28,620 nucleotides of DNA. Source: Hydrurus foetidus. Its lineage: Eukaryota. This document shows, piece by piece, positions 1-12,500 of this stretch. The notes under the pieces were generated by a model that did no database searches, was not told where the DNA came from, and was given only the letters and a program-made list of their open reading frames with translations. Position numbers and translations under genes: made by a program. The DNA lies in assembly GCA_900617105.1 (NCBI GenBank), contig UYFQ01000268.1, positions 62,001-90,620 on the forward strand. The letters are read 5' to 3'. Numbering within the stretch: position 1 is the stretch's first letter; every line of letters starts with the position of its first letter.

Positions 1-658
1 TAAAAAATAGTTGAGTATAATCAGTCAAATCAGTTAGAAATAGAGTGCAAAGCAGTATCTCATAGGTCGAAAATTTGCGGTCTGATAGTGAGATAGTGAA
101 TGATGGTCATTCTAATATCCCATTCATTTACCATGCGGAACATCAACGTTCCTCTTCAATCTACACGTAGACCCTTTCTTCACTTTAATTCCAGCGTCGA
201 AAGCGAAAAGCCCTGTTGCACGGCAGTCCAATCGAAAGATTTCGAGCATGTCTATCAACGCACGGTCATCGAGTAAAAAAATAATTTGAGTTTGGACAGC
301 ATTCAAATTATGCCGCTCTCGACGAATTATGAAAGAAGCCACAATTTGGCATAGAACGGCATATCCTTAAACGCTGTCTCCATCAGAGGCGAGATTTAGC
401 GGAGCCATTTACCTGAGTCGCAGTTTTTGATAACACCTACCAAACTGTGATGAACCAGAGTCAGCAACAAAAATCTCGAACCGCCACGATAACGCCAAGT
501 AACCCAGAGCAACAGTTTTAATTCTCAGTGCTCGATATGATGACAGGTGGAATATTGGTTGTGCTGTTGTAATGTGAGTGCAACTGATGTATGAATTAGT
601 TGTAAGGATAATTGGACAGATATAATGCTTATGTCCAGAGTACACGGTTCCGGAAAAT

Positions 659-679
659 AAAACAAAGGGCACTCGACGG
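659..679. repeat. Terminal inverted repeat end of a neighbouring, related DNA transposon
   Basis: AAAACAAAGGGCACTCGACGG followed by TA resembles the TIR AAAACATAGGGTCGGCGACGG at 2315-2335. It is separated from the next element by TATATATA (680-687). No partner TIR seen in the window. Confidence 0.55.
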
Positions 680-687
680 TATATATA

Positions 688-2335
688 CCGTCGCCGACCC
701 TATGTTTTATTTCGGTTGAGTGTACATCCGGGAATTAGGCCTACTTTCTGTACGCCAATGAACATACTCCCCAAACGCAACTTCGCATTCACAATACCAT
801 AACATCGTCAGTTCTCCACCTCATCAACTTCTGAGTGGTGCGAACTGACGCATTTGGTGTCGGTGTTAGTTGATGAAGTCGCTGTTGGGATCTGAGAAAG
901 CATGGATCTTGAAATTGGATCGCCCTGATTCATCTTTTTCGACGACGATTTGGTAAGCCGCTAAATATTTTGGCTCCTGCAGATTTGAGAGTCTTTTTAG
1001 CTCCCGTTTATGTTTCAAACAACATTTTTGTACTCAAATCCACGGAGAGAGTCCAAATTGGAGCTCTCCTTCATTTCAAATCTTTAATTTGCGCGATCGT
1101 CTCAAATTTCAGGCATGATCCGCTTTTGGAGCTTCCAGAGCGAGGCAACCGGAGTTTTCGCCCTTGACAGCTGGACACAGGCGTAGAGGAGACTTTCCTC
1201 CAGTTTCCTGAAGGATACGACGTAAAATATAGGACATACCTTCCCATATCAAATGACTGTACTTCCACCTACAATATTTATGACTCCCAATTTATCTTGC
1301 TTCTTTTTTTATTCCTGATTGAATTTGACTGCGTACAACCATTTGCAGCACAAGGCGAAGCTCTTGCAATTTTTTTCTATCATTTTCTCGCAGACATCGG
1401 TCTGACAAGCTGTTTGCGATGGTCGTAATCGTGGCACTCATTTCATGTGGCGCAGGCGGAACTACAACTGCATACCATTCAATTTTGACACTGTCCATTG
1501 CATGACATTCTTGTGTGTCATTTTCTCGTTTGTATACTCTGCCTTAAGAACTGTAAATAATTTGCCGAGCGCCCAATTCGCCTTCTCACTTTCCTTTTGG
1601 ACGACGTGGGTGCGAAGTCGACAACTTCAATGTTCCATAGATGCCAAGATTTTGTTTGGTCATCTGCTACAATCTGGGACTTCTTTTGCACTAATTATGG
1701 AACTGGAAAGAAGCTAGAGCATTTGAACAATGATATTTCTTATGAAGTCACTAAAATAAAGGTGGTGCACATATTGACGGGGAAATTCTTTGAAGTTGGA
1801 CGGGTCTACGCCCGTAGTATCTCTAACAGGACTAAAGGACATGCAACTAGGGTAATTAAAGGTAAATCAACATCATTGGCAGCGTCAGACGCACTGGTTC
1901 CGCTACGCGGCGGCTTCATCTGGAACTTTTTGGCGCGGCGATTTCAAGAAAATTTATAGAAATACCTGGGGCGACCCAAAGTTGACTCTAAAATTTGAAT
2001 CTGATTATAATGATATATCAAAACCGATCGCACTTCGTCTCCTTTAATCTGCTTGAGTGTAATTGATGGAATTCGGTCAGTAAACGCGATTTTGTGGGGA
2101 TGGCGTTGTCTCAGCGAAATATCATGAATTTTCTATGAATCAAAAAGTTGCCACTCGTGCATAGCAATCAGAGCGACCTGCTTCGATAGAACCCTTCATA
2201 TCTCGCAGGTATGGTCAATTGAGTGATATCCTGTTAAAACAATGCAAGAATGAGGTGTGCTTGGAGAGGTACATAACTTGGATCGATATGAAGCCTATTT
2301 CCATTATTTTTTTGAAAACATAGGGTCGGCGACGG
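688..2335. mobile_element. Non-autonomous/degenerate TIR DNA transposon, Tc1/mariner(pogo)-like termini
   Basis: Perfect 21-bp TIRs CCGTCGCCGACCCTATGTTTT (688-708) and AAAACATAGGGTCGGCGACGG (2315-2335), each flanked by TA (686-687, 2336-2337), which fits a TA target duplication. No intact transposase recognised inside. Confidence 0.75.
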
Positions 2336-3324
2336 TATCGGAAAAAGTTACTGCTCTGCCTGATTATCGATTGAAGTTCTAAATTTCGATTTTCTCATAC
2401 CGATTTCAATTTTTCCCGTACTTAAAAAAGTGCAGTGTTGCTGCACTAATTCCTTGCTCGAAATACTGCACACTACCCACTGCTCTGTCTTGACGACATC
2501 AGAGGAATGTGCCGCTGTCGATGCAGATCGGCAATTTGGAATCGGAATGTTCTGTTGCATGCGCGTACCGCCCAACTCCCACCTTCGGTACTCCACAGCT
2601 ATTGGCTCCCGCCGCAACCCATCTTCGAGGTGAAGACGCCATCATTTCATGCCAACTTTATGATCGACTCTTCTAGCTCAACTGCTGGTTGAGGAGACAG
2701 CGCTCCTCAGAAGTCGCTTGCCAGGAGCCGTCAACTGTCGCCAGATGTAGTTTACCTTCATTCGTGACCGCCGTCTGAACGCCATCTTCAAAAACAGCGA
2801 ATGGGACAACAGTTAATACAGAGTGGCAACCGAAGCCTCATTCTTTTTAACAGTCTCAGTGATTATAATCGCTTGAACCTACTGGGAAATCATCTTGTAG
2901 ACTAGCATCAGGATATATTGCAGGGACTTTCTCTCGTTTGTCGGCGTCATCTTTTGACGCATTAGTGACGTCGTGACCAGCTTGCATGAAATTTCTCAGG
3001 GATTCGCAACATTTTGGCTCTTCTAAGTCAGCCTGTCAGGACATCTATCATGTCAATTTTAAAAACCTCTAAACTCTCACAAGAAACCCTTCCCCCTCAT
3101 TCAGTAGCTACGCGAGTATTTACTTCGTGAATTTCATCACGGTAACCAATTGGAAATTTATGGAAAGCGTGATAGTCATCACTTTCTAAATTTGAGAAGG
3201 TGCTCACTACTCTGCTCTGTAAAGGTCAGCTGTAAATTTTTTGGCAGGATTTTCCGTCAGCTGAACATCGTGATTATTATCACGTGACATAACGTTGGAA
3301 TTTTTTTTTATATATCATGTTTAT

Positions 3325-3525
3325 ATATGGTGTGATTGAATATGTTGAATATGTCTTCTGATATGTCATATGGTGTGATTGAATATGTTGAATATGTCTT
3401 CTGATATGTCATATGGTGTGATTGAATATGTTAAATATGTCTTCTGATATGTCATATGGTGTGATTGAATATGTTAAATATGTCTTCTGATATGTCATAT
3501 GGTGTGATTGAATATGTTAAGTATG
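3325..3525. repeat. 43-bp tandem repeat, ~4.6 copies
   Basis: Unit ATATGGTGTGATTGAATATGTT(G/A)AATATGTCTTCTGATATGTC; its GG recurs at 3329, 3372, 3415, 3458 and 3501. Built from ATATG sub-motifs. Confidence 0.95.
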
Positions 3526-6500
3526 TAGAGTGCGATGACTGTGATCACTGTAGGCAGTCAGTGCGTTGCACTCACACTCTCTAGCATACTCATCACGTAG
3601 AGTGCGATGACTGTGATCACTGTAGGCAGTCAGTGCGTTGCACTCACACTCTCTAGCATACTCATCACGTAGAGTGCGATGACTGTGATCACTGTAGGCA
3701 GTCAGTGCGTTGCACTCACACTCTCTAGCATACTCATCACGTAGAGTGCGATGACTGTGATCACTGTAGGCAGTCAGTGCGTTGCACTCACACTCTCTAG
3801 CATACTCATCACGTAGAGTGCGATGACTGTGATCACTGTAGGCAGTCAGTGCGTTGCACTCACACTCTCTAGCATACTCATCACGTAGAGTGCGATGACT
3901 GTGATCACTGTAGGCAGTCAGTGCGTTGCACTCACACTCTCTAGCATACTCATCACGTAGAGTGCGATGACTGTGATCACTGTAGGCAGTCAGTGCGTTG
4001 CACTCACACTCTCTAGCATACTCATCACGTAGAGTGCGATGACTGTGATCACTGTAGGCAGTCAGTGCGTTGCACTCACACTCTCTAGCATACTCATCAC
4101 GTAGAGTGCGATGACTGTGATCACTGTAGGCAGTCAGTGCGTTGCACTCACACTCTCTAGCATACTCATCACGTAGAGTGCGATGACTGTGATCACTGTA
4201 GGCAGTCAGTGCGTTGCACTCACACTCTCTAGCATACTCATCACGTAGAGTGCGATGACTGTGATCACTGTAGGCAGTCAGTGCGTTGCACTCACACTCT
4301 CTAGCATACTCATCACGTAGAGTGCGATGACTGTGATCACTGTAGGCAGTCAGTGCGTTGCACTCACACTCTCTAGCATACTCATCACGTAGAGTGCGAT
4401 GACTGTGATCACTGTAGGCAGTCAGTGCGTTGCACTCACACTCTCTAGCATACTCATCACGTAGAGTGCGATGACTGTGATCACTGTAGGCAGTCAGTGC
4501 GTTGCACTCACACTCTCTAGCATACTCATCACGTAGAGTGCGATGACTGTGATCACTGTAGGCAGTCAGTGCGTTGCACTCACACTCTCTAGCATACTCA
4601 TCACGTAGAGTGCGATGACTGTGATCACTGTAGGCAGTCAGTGCGTTGCACTCACACTCTCTAGCATACTCATCACGTAGAGTGCGATGACTGTGATCAC
4701 TGTAGGCAGTCAGTGCGTTGCACTCACACTCTCTAGCATACTCATCACGTAGAGTGCGATGACTGTGATCACTGTAGGCAGTCAGTGCGTTGCACTCACA
4801 CTCTCTAGCATACTCATCACGTAGAGTGCGATGACTGTGATCACTGTAGGCAGTCAGTGCGTTGCACTCACACTCTCTAGCATACTCATCACGTAGAGTG
4901 CGATGACTGTGATCACTGTAGGCAGTCAGTGCGTTGCACTCACACTCTCTAGCATACTCATCACGTAGAGTGCGATGACTGTGATCACTGTAGGCAGTCA
5001 GTGCGTTGCACTCACACTCTCTAGCATACTCATCACGTAGAGTGCGATGACTGTGATCACTGTAGGCAGTCAGTGCGTTGCACTCACACTCTCTAGCATA
5101 CTCATCACGTAGAGTGCGATGACTGTGATCACTGTAGGCAGTCAGTGCGTTGCACTCACACTCTCTAGCATACTCATCACGTAGAGTGCGATGACTGTGA
5201 TCACTGTAGGCAGTCAGTGCGTTGCACTCACACTCTCTAGCATACTCATCACGTAGAGTGCGATGACTGTGATCACTGTAGGCAGTCAGTGCGTTGCACT
5301 CACACTCTCTAGCATACTCATCACGTAGAGTGCGATGACTGTGATCACTGTAGGCAGTCAGTGCGTTGCACTCACACTCTCTAGCATACTCATCACGTAG
5401 AGTGCGATGACTGTGATCACTGTAGGCAGTCAGTGCGTTGCACTCACACTCTCTAGCATACTCATCACGTAGAGTGCGATGACTGTGATCACTGTAGGCA
5501 GTCAGTGCGTTGCACTCACACTCTCTAGCATACTCATCACGTAGAGTGCGATGACTGTGATCACTGTAGGCAGTCAGTGCGTTGCACTCACACTCTCTAG
5601 CATACTCATCACGTAGAGTGCGATGACTGTGATCACTGTAGGCAGTCAGTGCGTTGCACTCACACTCTCTAGCATACTCATCACGTAGAGTGCGATGACT
5701 GTGATCACTGTAGGCAGTCAGTGCGTTGCACTCACACTCTCTAGCATACTCATCACGTAGAGTGCGATGACTGTGATCACTGTAGGCAGTCAGTGCGTTG
5801 CACTCACACTCTCTAGCATACTCATCACGTAGAGTGCGATGACTGTGATCACTGTAGGCAGTCAGTGCGTTGCACTCACACTCTCTAGCATACTCATCAC
5901 GTAGAGTGCGATGACTGTGATCACTGTAGGCAGTCAGTGCGTTGCACTCACACTCTCTAGCATACTCATCACGTAGAGTGCGATGACTGTGATCACTGTA
6001 GGCAGTCAGTGCGTTGCACTCACACTCTCTAGCATACTCATCACGTAGAGTGCGATGACTGTGATCACTGTAGGCAGTCAGTGCGTTGCACTCACACTCT
6101 CTAGCATACTCATCACGTAGAGTGCGATGACTGTGATCACTGTAGGCAGTCAGTGCGTTGCACTCACACTCTCTAGCATACTCATCACGTAGAGTGCGAT
6201 GACTGTGATCACTGTAGGCAGTCAGTGCGTTGCACTCACACTCTCTAGCATACTCATCACGTAGAGTGCGATGACTGTGATCACTGTAGGCAGTCAGTGC
6301 GTTGCACTCACACTCTCTAGCATACTCATCACGTAGAGTGCGATGACTGTGATCACTGTAGGCAGTCAGTGCGTTGCACTCACACTCTCTAGCATACTCA
6401 TCACGTAGAGTGCGATGACTGTGATCACTGTAGGCAGTCAGTGCGTTGCACTCACACTCTCTAGCATACTCATCACGTAGAGTGCGATGACTGTGATCAC

Positions 6501-9500
6501 TGTAGGCAGTCAGTGCGTTGCACTCACACTCTCTAGCATACTCATCACGTAGAGTGCGATGACTGTGATCACTGTAGGCAGTCAGTGCGTTGCACTCACA
6601 CTCTCTAGCATACTCATCACGTAGAGTGCGATGACTGTGATCACTGTAGGCAGTCAGTGCGTTGCACTCACACTCTCTAGCATACTCATCACGTAGAGTG
6701 CGATGACTGTGATCACTGTAGGCAGTCAGTGCGTTGCACTCACACTCTCTAGCATACTCATCACGTAGAGTGCGATGACTGTGATCACTGTAGGCAGTCA
6801 GTGCGTTGCACTCACACTCTCTAGCATACTCATCACGTAGAGTGCGATGACTGTGATCACTGTAGGCAGTCAGTGCGTTGCACTCACACTCTCTAGCATA
6901 CTCATCACGTAGAGTGCGATGACTGTGATCACTGTAGGCAGTCAGTGCGTTGCACTCACACTCTCTAGCATACTCATCACGTAGAGTGCGATGACTGTGA
7001 TCACTGTAGGCAGTCAGTGCGTTGCACTCACACTCTCTAGCATACTCATCACGTAGAGTGCGATGACTGTGATCACTGTAGGCAGTCAGTGCGTTGCACT
7101 CACACTCTCTAGCATACTCATCACGTAGAGTGCGATGACTGTGATCACTGTAGGCAGTCAGTGCGTTGCACTCACACTCTCTAGCATACTCATCACGTAG
7201 AGTGCGATGACTGTGATCACTGTAGGCAGTCAGTGCGTTGCACTCACACTCTCTAGCATACTCATCACGTAGAGTGCGATGACTGTGATCACTGTAGGCA
7301 GTCAGTGCGTTGCACTCACACTCTCTAGCATACTCATCACGTAGAGTGCGATGACTGTGATCACTGTAGGCAGTCAGTGCGTTGCACTCACACTCTCTAG
7401 CATACTCATCACGTAGAGTGCGATGACTGTGATCACTGTAGGCAGTCAGTGCGTTGCACTCACACTCTCTAGCATACTCATCACGTAGAGTGCGATGACT
7501 GTGATCACTGTAGGCAGTCAGTGCGTTGCACTCACACTCTCTAGCATACTCATCACGTAGAGTGCGATGACTGTGATCACTGTAGGCAGTCAGTGCGTTG
7601 CACTCACACTCTCTAGCATACTCATCACGTAGAGTGCGATGACTGTGATCACTGTAGGCAGTCAGTGCGTTGCACTCACACTCTCTAGCATACTCATCAC
7701 GTAGAGTGCGATGACTGTGATCACTGTAGGCAGTCAGTGCGTTGCACTCACACTCTCTAGCATACTCATCACGTAGAGTGCGATGACTGTGATCACTGTA
7801 GGCAGTCAGTGCGTTGCACTCACACTCTCTAGCATACTCATCACGTAGAGTGCGATGACTGTGATCACTGTAGGCAGTCAGTGCGTTGCACTCACACTCT
7901 CTAGCATACTCATCACGTAGAGTGCGATGACTGTGATCACTGTAGGCAGTCAGTGCGTTGCACTCACACTCTCTAGCATACTCATCACGTAGAGTGCGAT
8001 GACTGTGATCACTGTAGGCAGTCAGTGCGTTGCACTCACACTCTCTAGCATACTCATCACGTAGAGTGCGATGACTGTGATCACTGTAGGCAGTCAGTGC
8101 GTTGCACTCACACTCTCTAGCATACTCATCACGTAGAGTGCGATGACTGTGATCACTGTAGGCAGTCAGTGCGTTGCACTCACACTCTCTAGCATACTCA
8201 TCACGTAGAGTGCGATGACTGTGATCACTGTAGGCAGTCAGTGCGTTGCACTCACACTCTCTAGCATACTCATCACGTAGAGTGCGATGACTGTGATCAC
8301 TGTAGGCAGTCAGTGCGTTGCACTCACACTCTCTAGCATACTCATCACGTAGAGTGCGATGACTGTGATCACTGTAGGCAGTCAGTGCGTTGCACTCACA
8401 CTCTCTAGCATACTCATCACGTAGAGTGCGATGACTGTGATCACTGTAGGCAGTCAGTGCGTTGCACTCACACTCTCTAGCATACTCATCACGTAGAGTG
8501 CGATGACTGTGATCACTGTAGGCAGTCAGTGCGTTGCACTCACACTCTCTAGCATACTCATCACGTAGAGTGCGATGACTGTGATCACTGTAGGCAGTCA
8601 GTGCGTTGCACTCACACTCTCTAGCATACTCATCACGTAGAGTGCGATGACTGTGATCACTGTAGGCAGTCAGTGCGTTGCACTCACACTCTCTAGCATA
8701 CTCATCACGTAGAGTGCGATGACTGTGATCACTGTAGGCAGTCAGTGCGTTGCACTCACACTCTCTAGCATACTCATCACGTAGAGTGCGATGACTGTGA
8801 TCACTGTAGGCAGTCAGTGCGTTGCACTCACACTCTCTAGCATACTCATCACGTAGAGTGCGATGACTGTGATCACTGTAGGCAGTCAGTGCGTTGCACT
8901 CACACTCTCTAGCATACTCATCACGTAGAGTGCGATGACTGTGATCACTGTAGGCAGTCAGTGCGTTGCACTCACACTCTCTAGCATACTCATCACGTAG
9001 AGTGCGATGACTGTGATCACTGTAGGCAGTCAGTGCGTTGCACTCACACTCTCTAGCATACTCATCACGTAGAGTGCGATGACTGTGATCACTGTAGGCA
9101 GTCAGTGCGTTGCACTCACACTCTCTAGCATACTCATCACGTAGAGTGCGATGACTGTGATCACTGTAGGCAGTCAGTGCGTTGCACTCACACTCTCTAG
9201 CATACTCATCACGTAGAGTGCGATGACTGTGATCACTGTAGGCAGTCAGTGCGTTGCACTCACACTCTCTAGCATACTCATCACGTAGAGTGCGATGACT
9301 GTGATCACTGTAGGCAGTCAGTGCGTTGCACTCACACTCTCTAGCATACTCATCACGTAGAGTGCGATGACTGTGATCACTGTAGGCAGTCAGTGCGTTG
9401 CACTCACACTCTCTAGCATACTCATCACGTAGAGTGCGATGACTGTGATCACTGTAGGCAGTCAGTGCGTTGCACTCACACTCTCTAGCATACTCATCAC

Positions 9501-12500
9501 GTAGAGTGCGATGACTGTGATCACTGTAGGCAGTCAGTGCGTTGCACTCACACTCTCTAGCATACTCATCACGTAGAGTGCGATGACTGTGATCACTGTA
9601 GGCAGTCAGTGCGTTGCACTCACACTCTCTAGCATACTCATCACGTAGAGTGCGATGACTGTGATCACTGTAGGCAGTCAGTGCGTTGCACTCACACTCT
9701 CTAGCATACTCATCACGTAGAGTGCGATGACTGTGATCACTGTAGGCAGTCAGTGCGTTGCACTCACACTCTCTAGCATACTCATCACGTAGAGTGCGAT
9801 GACTGTGATCACTGTAGGCAGTCAGTGCGTTGCACTCACACTCTCTAGCATACTCATCACGTAGAGTGCGATGACTGTGATCACTGTAGGCAGTCAGTGC
9901 GTTGCACTCACACTCTCTAGCATACTCATCACGTAGAGTGCGATGACTGTGATCACTGTAGGCAGTCAGTGCGTTGCACTCACACTCTCTAGCATACTCA
10001 TCACGTAGAGTGCGATGACTGTGATCACTGTAGGCAGTCAGTGCGTTGCACTCACACTCTCTAGCATACTCATCACGTAGAGTGCGATGACTGTGATCAC
10101 TGTAGGCAGTCAGTGCGTTGCACTCACACTCTCTAGCATACTCATCACGTAGAGTGCGATGACTGTGATCACTGTAGGCAGTCAGTGCGTTGCACTCACA
10201 CTCTCTAGCATACTCATCACGTAGAGTGCGATGACTGTGATCACTGTAGGCAGTCAGTGCGTTGCACTCACACTCTCTAGCATACTCATCACGTAGAGTG
10301 CGATGACTGTGATCACTGTAGGCAGTCAGTGCGTTGCACTCACACTCTCTAGCATACTCATCACGTAGAGTGCGATGACTGTGATCACTGTAGGCAGTCA
10401 GTGCGTTGCACTCACACTCTCTAGCATACTCATCACGTAGAGTGCGATGACTGTGATCACTGTAGGCAGTCAGTGCGTTGCACTCACACTCTCTAGCATA
10501 CTCATCACGTAGAGTGCGATGACTGTGATCACTGTAGGCAGTCAGTGCGTTGCACTCACACTCTCTAGCATACTCATCACGTAGAGTGCGATGACTGTGA
10601 TCACTGTAGGCAGTCAGTGCGTTGCACTCACACTCTCTAGCATACTCATCACGTAGAGTGCGATGACTGTGATCACTGTAGGCAGTCAGTGCGTTGCACT
10701 CACACTCTCTAGCATACTCATCACGTAGAGTGCGATGACTGTGATCACTGTAGGCAGTCAGTGCGTTGCACTCACACTCTCTAGCATACTCATCACGTAG
10801 AGTGCGATGACTGTGATCACTGTAGGCAGTCAGTGCGTTGCACTCACACTCTCTAGCATACTCATCACGTAGAGTGCGATGACTGTGATCACTGTAGGCA
10901 GTCAGTGCGTTGCACTCACACTCTCTAGCATACTCATCACGTAGAGTGCGATGACTGTGATCACTGTAGGCAGTCAGTGCGTTGCACTCACACTCTCTAG
11001 CATACTCATCACGTAGAGTGCGATGACTGTGATCACTGTAGGCAGTCAGTGCGTTGCACTCACACTCTCTAGCATACTCATCACGTAGAGTGCGATGACT
11101 GTGATCACTGTAGGCAGTCAGTGCGTTGCACTCACACTCTCTAGCATACTCATCACGTAGAGTGCGATGACTGTGATCACTGTAGGCAGTCAGTGCGTTG
11201 CACTCACACTCTCTAGCATACTCATCACGTAGAGTGCGATGACTGTGATCACTGTAGGCAGTCAGTGCGTTGCACTCACACTCTCTAGCATACTCATCAC
11301 GTAGAGTGCGATGACTGTGATCACTGTAGGCAGTCAGTGCGTTGCACTCACACTCTCTAGCATACTCATCACGTAGAGTGCGATGACTGTGATCACTGTA
11401 GGCAGTCAGTGCGTTGCACTCACACTCTCTAGCATACTCATCACGTAGAGTGCGATGACTGTGATCACTGTAGGCAGTCAGTGCGTTGCACTCACACTCT
11501 CTAGCATACTCATCACGTAGAGTGCGATGACTGTGATCACTGTAGGCAGTCAGTGCGTTGCACTCACACTCTCTAGCATACTCATCACGTAGAGTGCGAT
11601 GACTGTGATCACTGTAGGCAGTCAGTGCGTTGCACTCACACTCTCTAGCATACTCATCACGTAGAGTGCGATGACTGTGATCACTGTAGGCAGTCAGTGC
11701 GTTGCACTCACACTCTCTAGCATACTCATCACGTAGAGTGCGATGACTGTGATCACTGTAGGCAGTCAGTGCGTTGCACTCACACTCTCTAGCATACTCA
11801 TCACGTAGAGTGCGATGACTGTGATCACTGTAGGCAGTCAGTGCGTTGCACTCACACTCTCTAGCATACTCATCACGTAGAGTGCGATGACTGTGATCAC
11901 TGTAGGCAGTCAGTGCGTTGCACTCACACTCTCTAGCATACTCATCACGTAGAGTGCGATGACTGTGATCACTGTAGGCAGTCAGTGCGTTGCACTCACA
12001 CTCTCTAGCATACTCATCACGTAGAGTGCGATGACTGTGATCACTGTAGGCAGTCAGTGCGTTGCACTCACACTCTCTAGCATACTCATCACGTAGAGTG
12101 CGATGACTGTGATCACTGTAGGCAGTCAGTGCGTTGCACTCACACTCTCTAGCATACTCATCACGTAGAGTGCGATGACTGTGATCACTGTAGGCAGTCA
12201 GTGCGTTGCACTCACACTCTCTAGCATACTCATCACGTAGAGTGCGATGACTGTGATCACTGTAGGCAGTCAGTGCGTTGCACTCACACTCTCTAGCATA
12301 CTCATCACGTAGAGTGCGATGACTGTGATCACTGTAGGCAGTCAGTGCGTTGCACTCACACTCTCTAGCATACTCATCACGTAGAGTGCGATGACTGTGA
12401 TCACTGTAGGCAGTCAGTGCGTTGCACTCACACTCTCTAGCATACTCATCACGTAGAGTGCGATGACTGTGATCACTGTAGGCAGTCAGTGCGTTGCACT

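Noticed and set aside
124..342. Possible Pif1/Helitron helicase fragment (IKVKKGSTCRLKRNVDVPHGK)
   Set aside because: Resembles a Pif1 2B-region motif, but it is short, interrupted and lacks other helicase motifs nearby.
409..2692. Short ORFs on both strands
   Set aside because: No recognisable domains, overlapping in conflicting frames; consistent with decayed or non-coding DNA.
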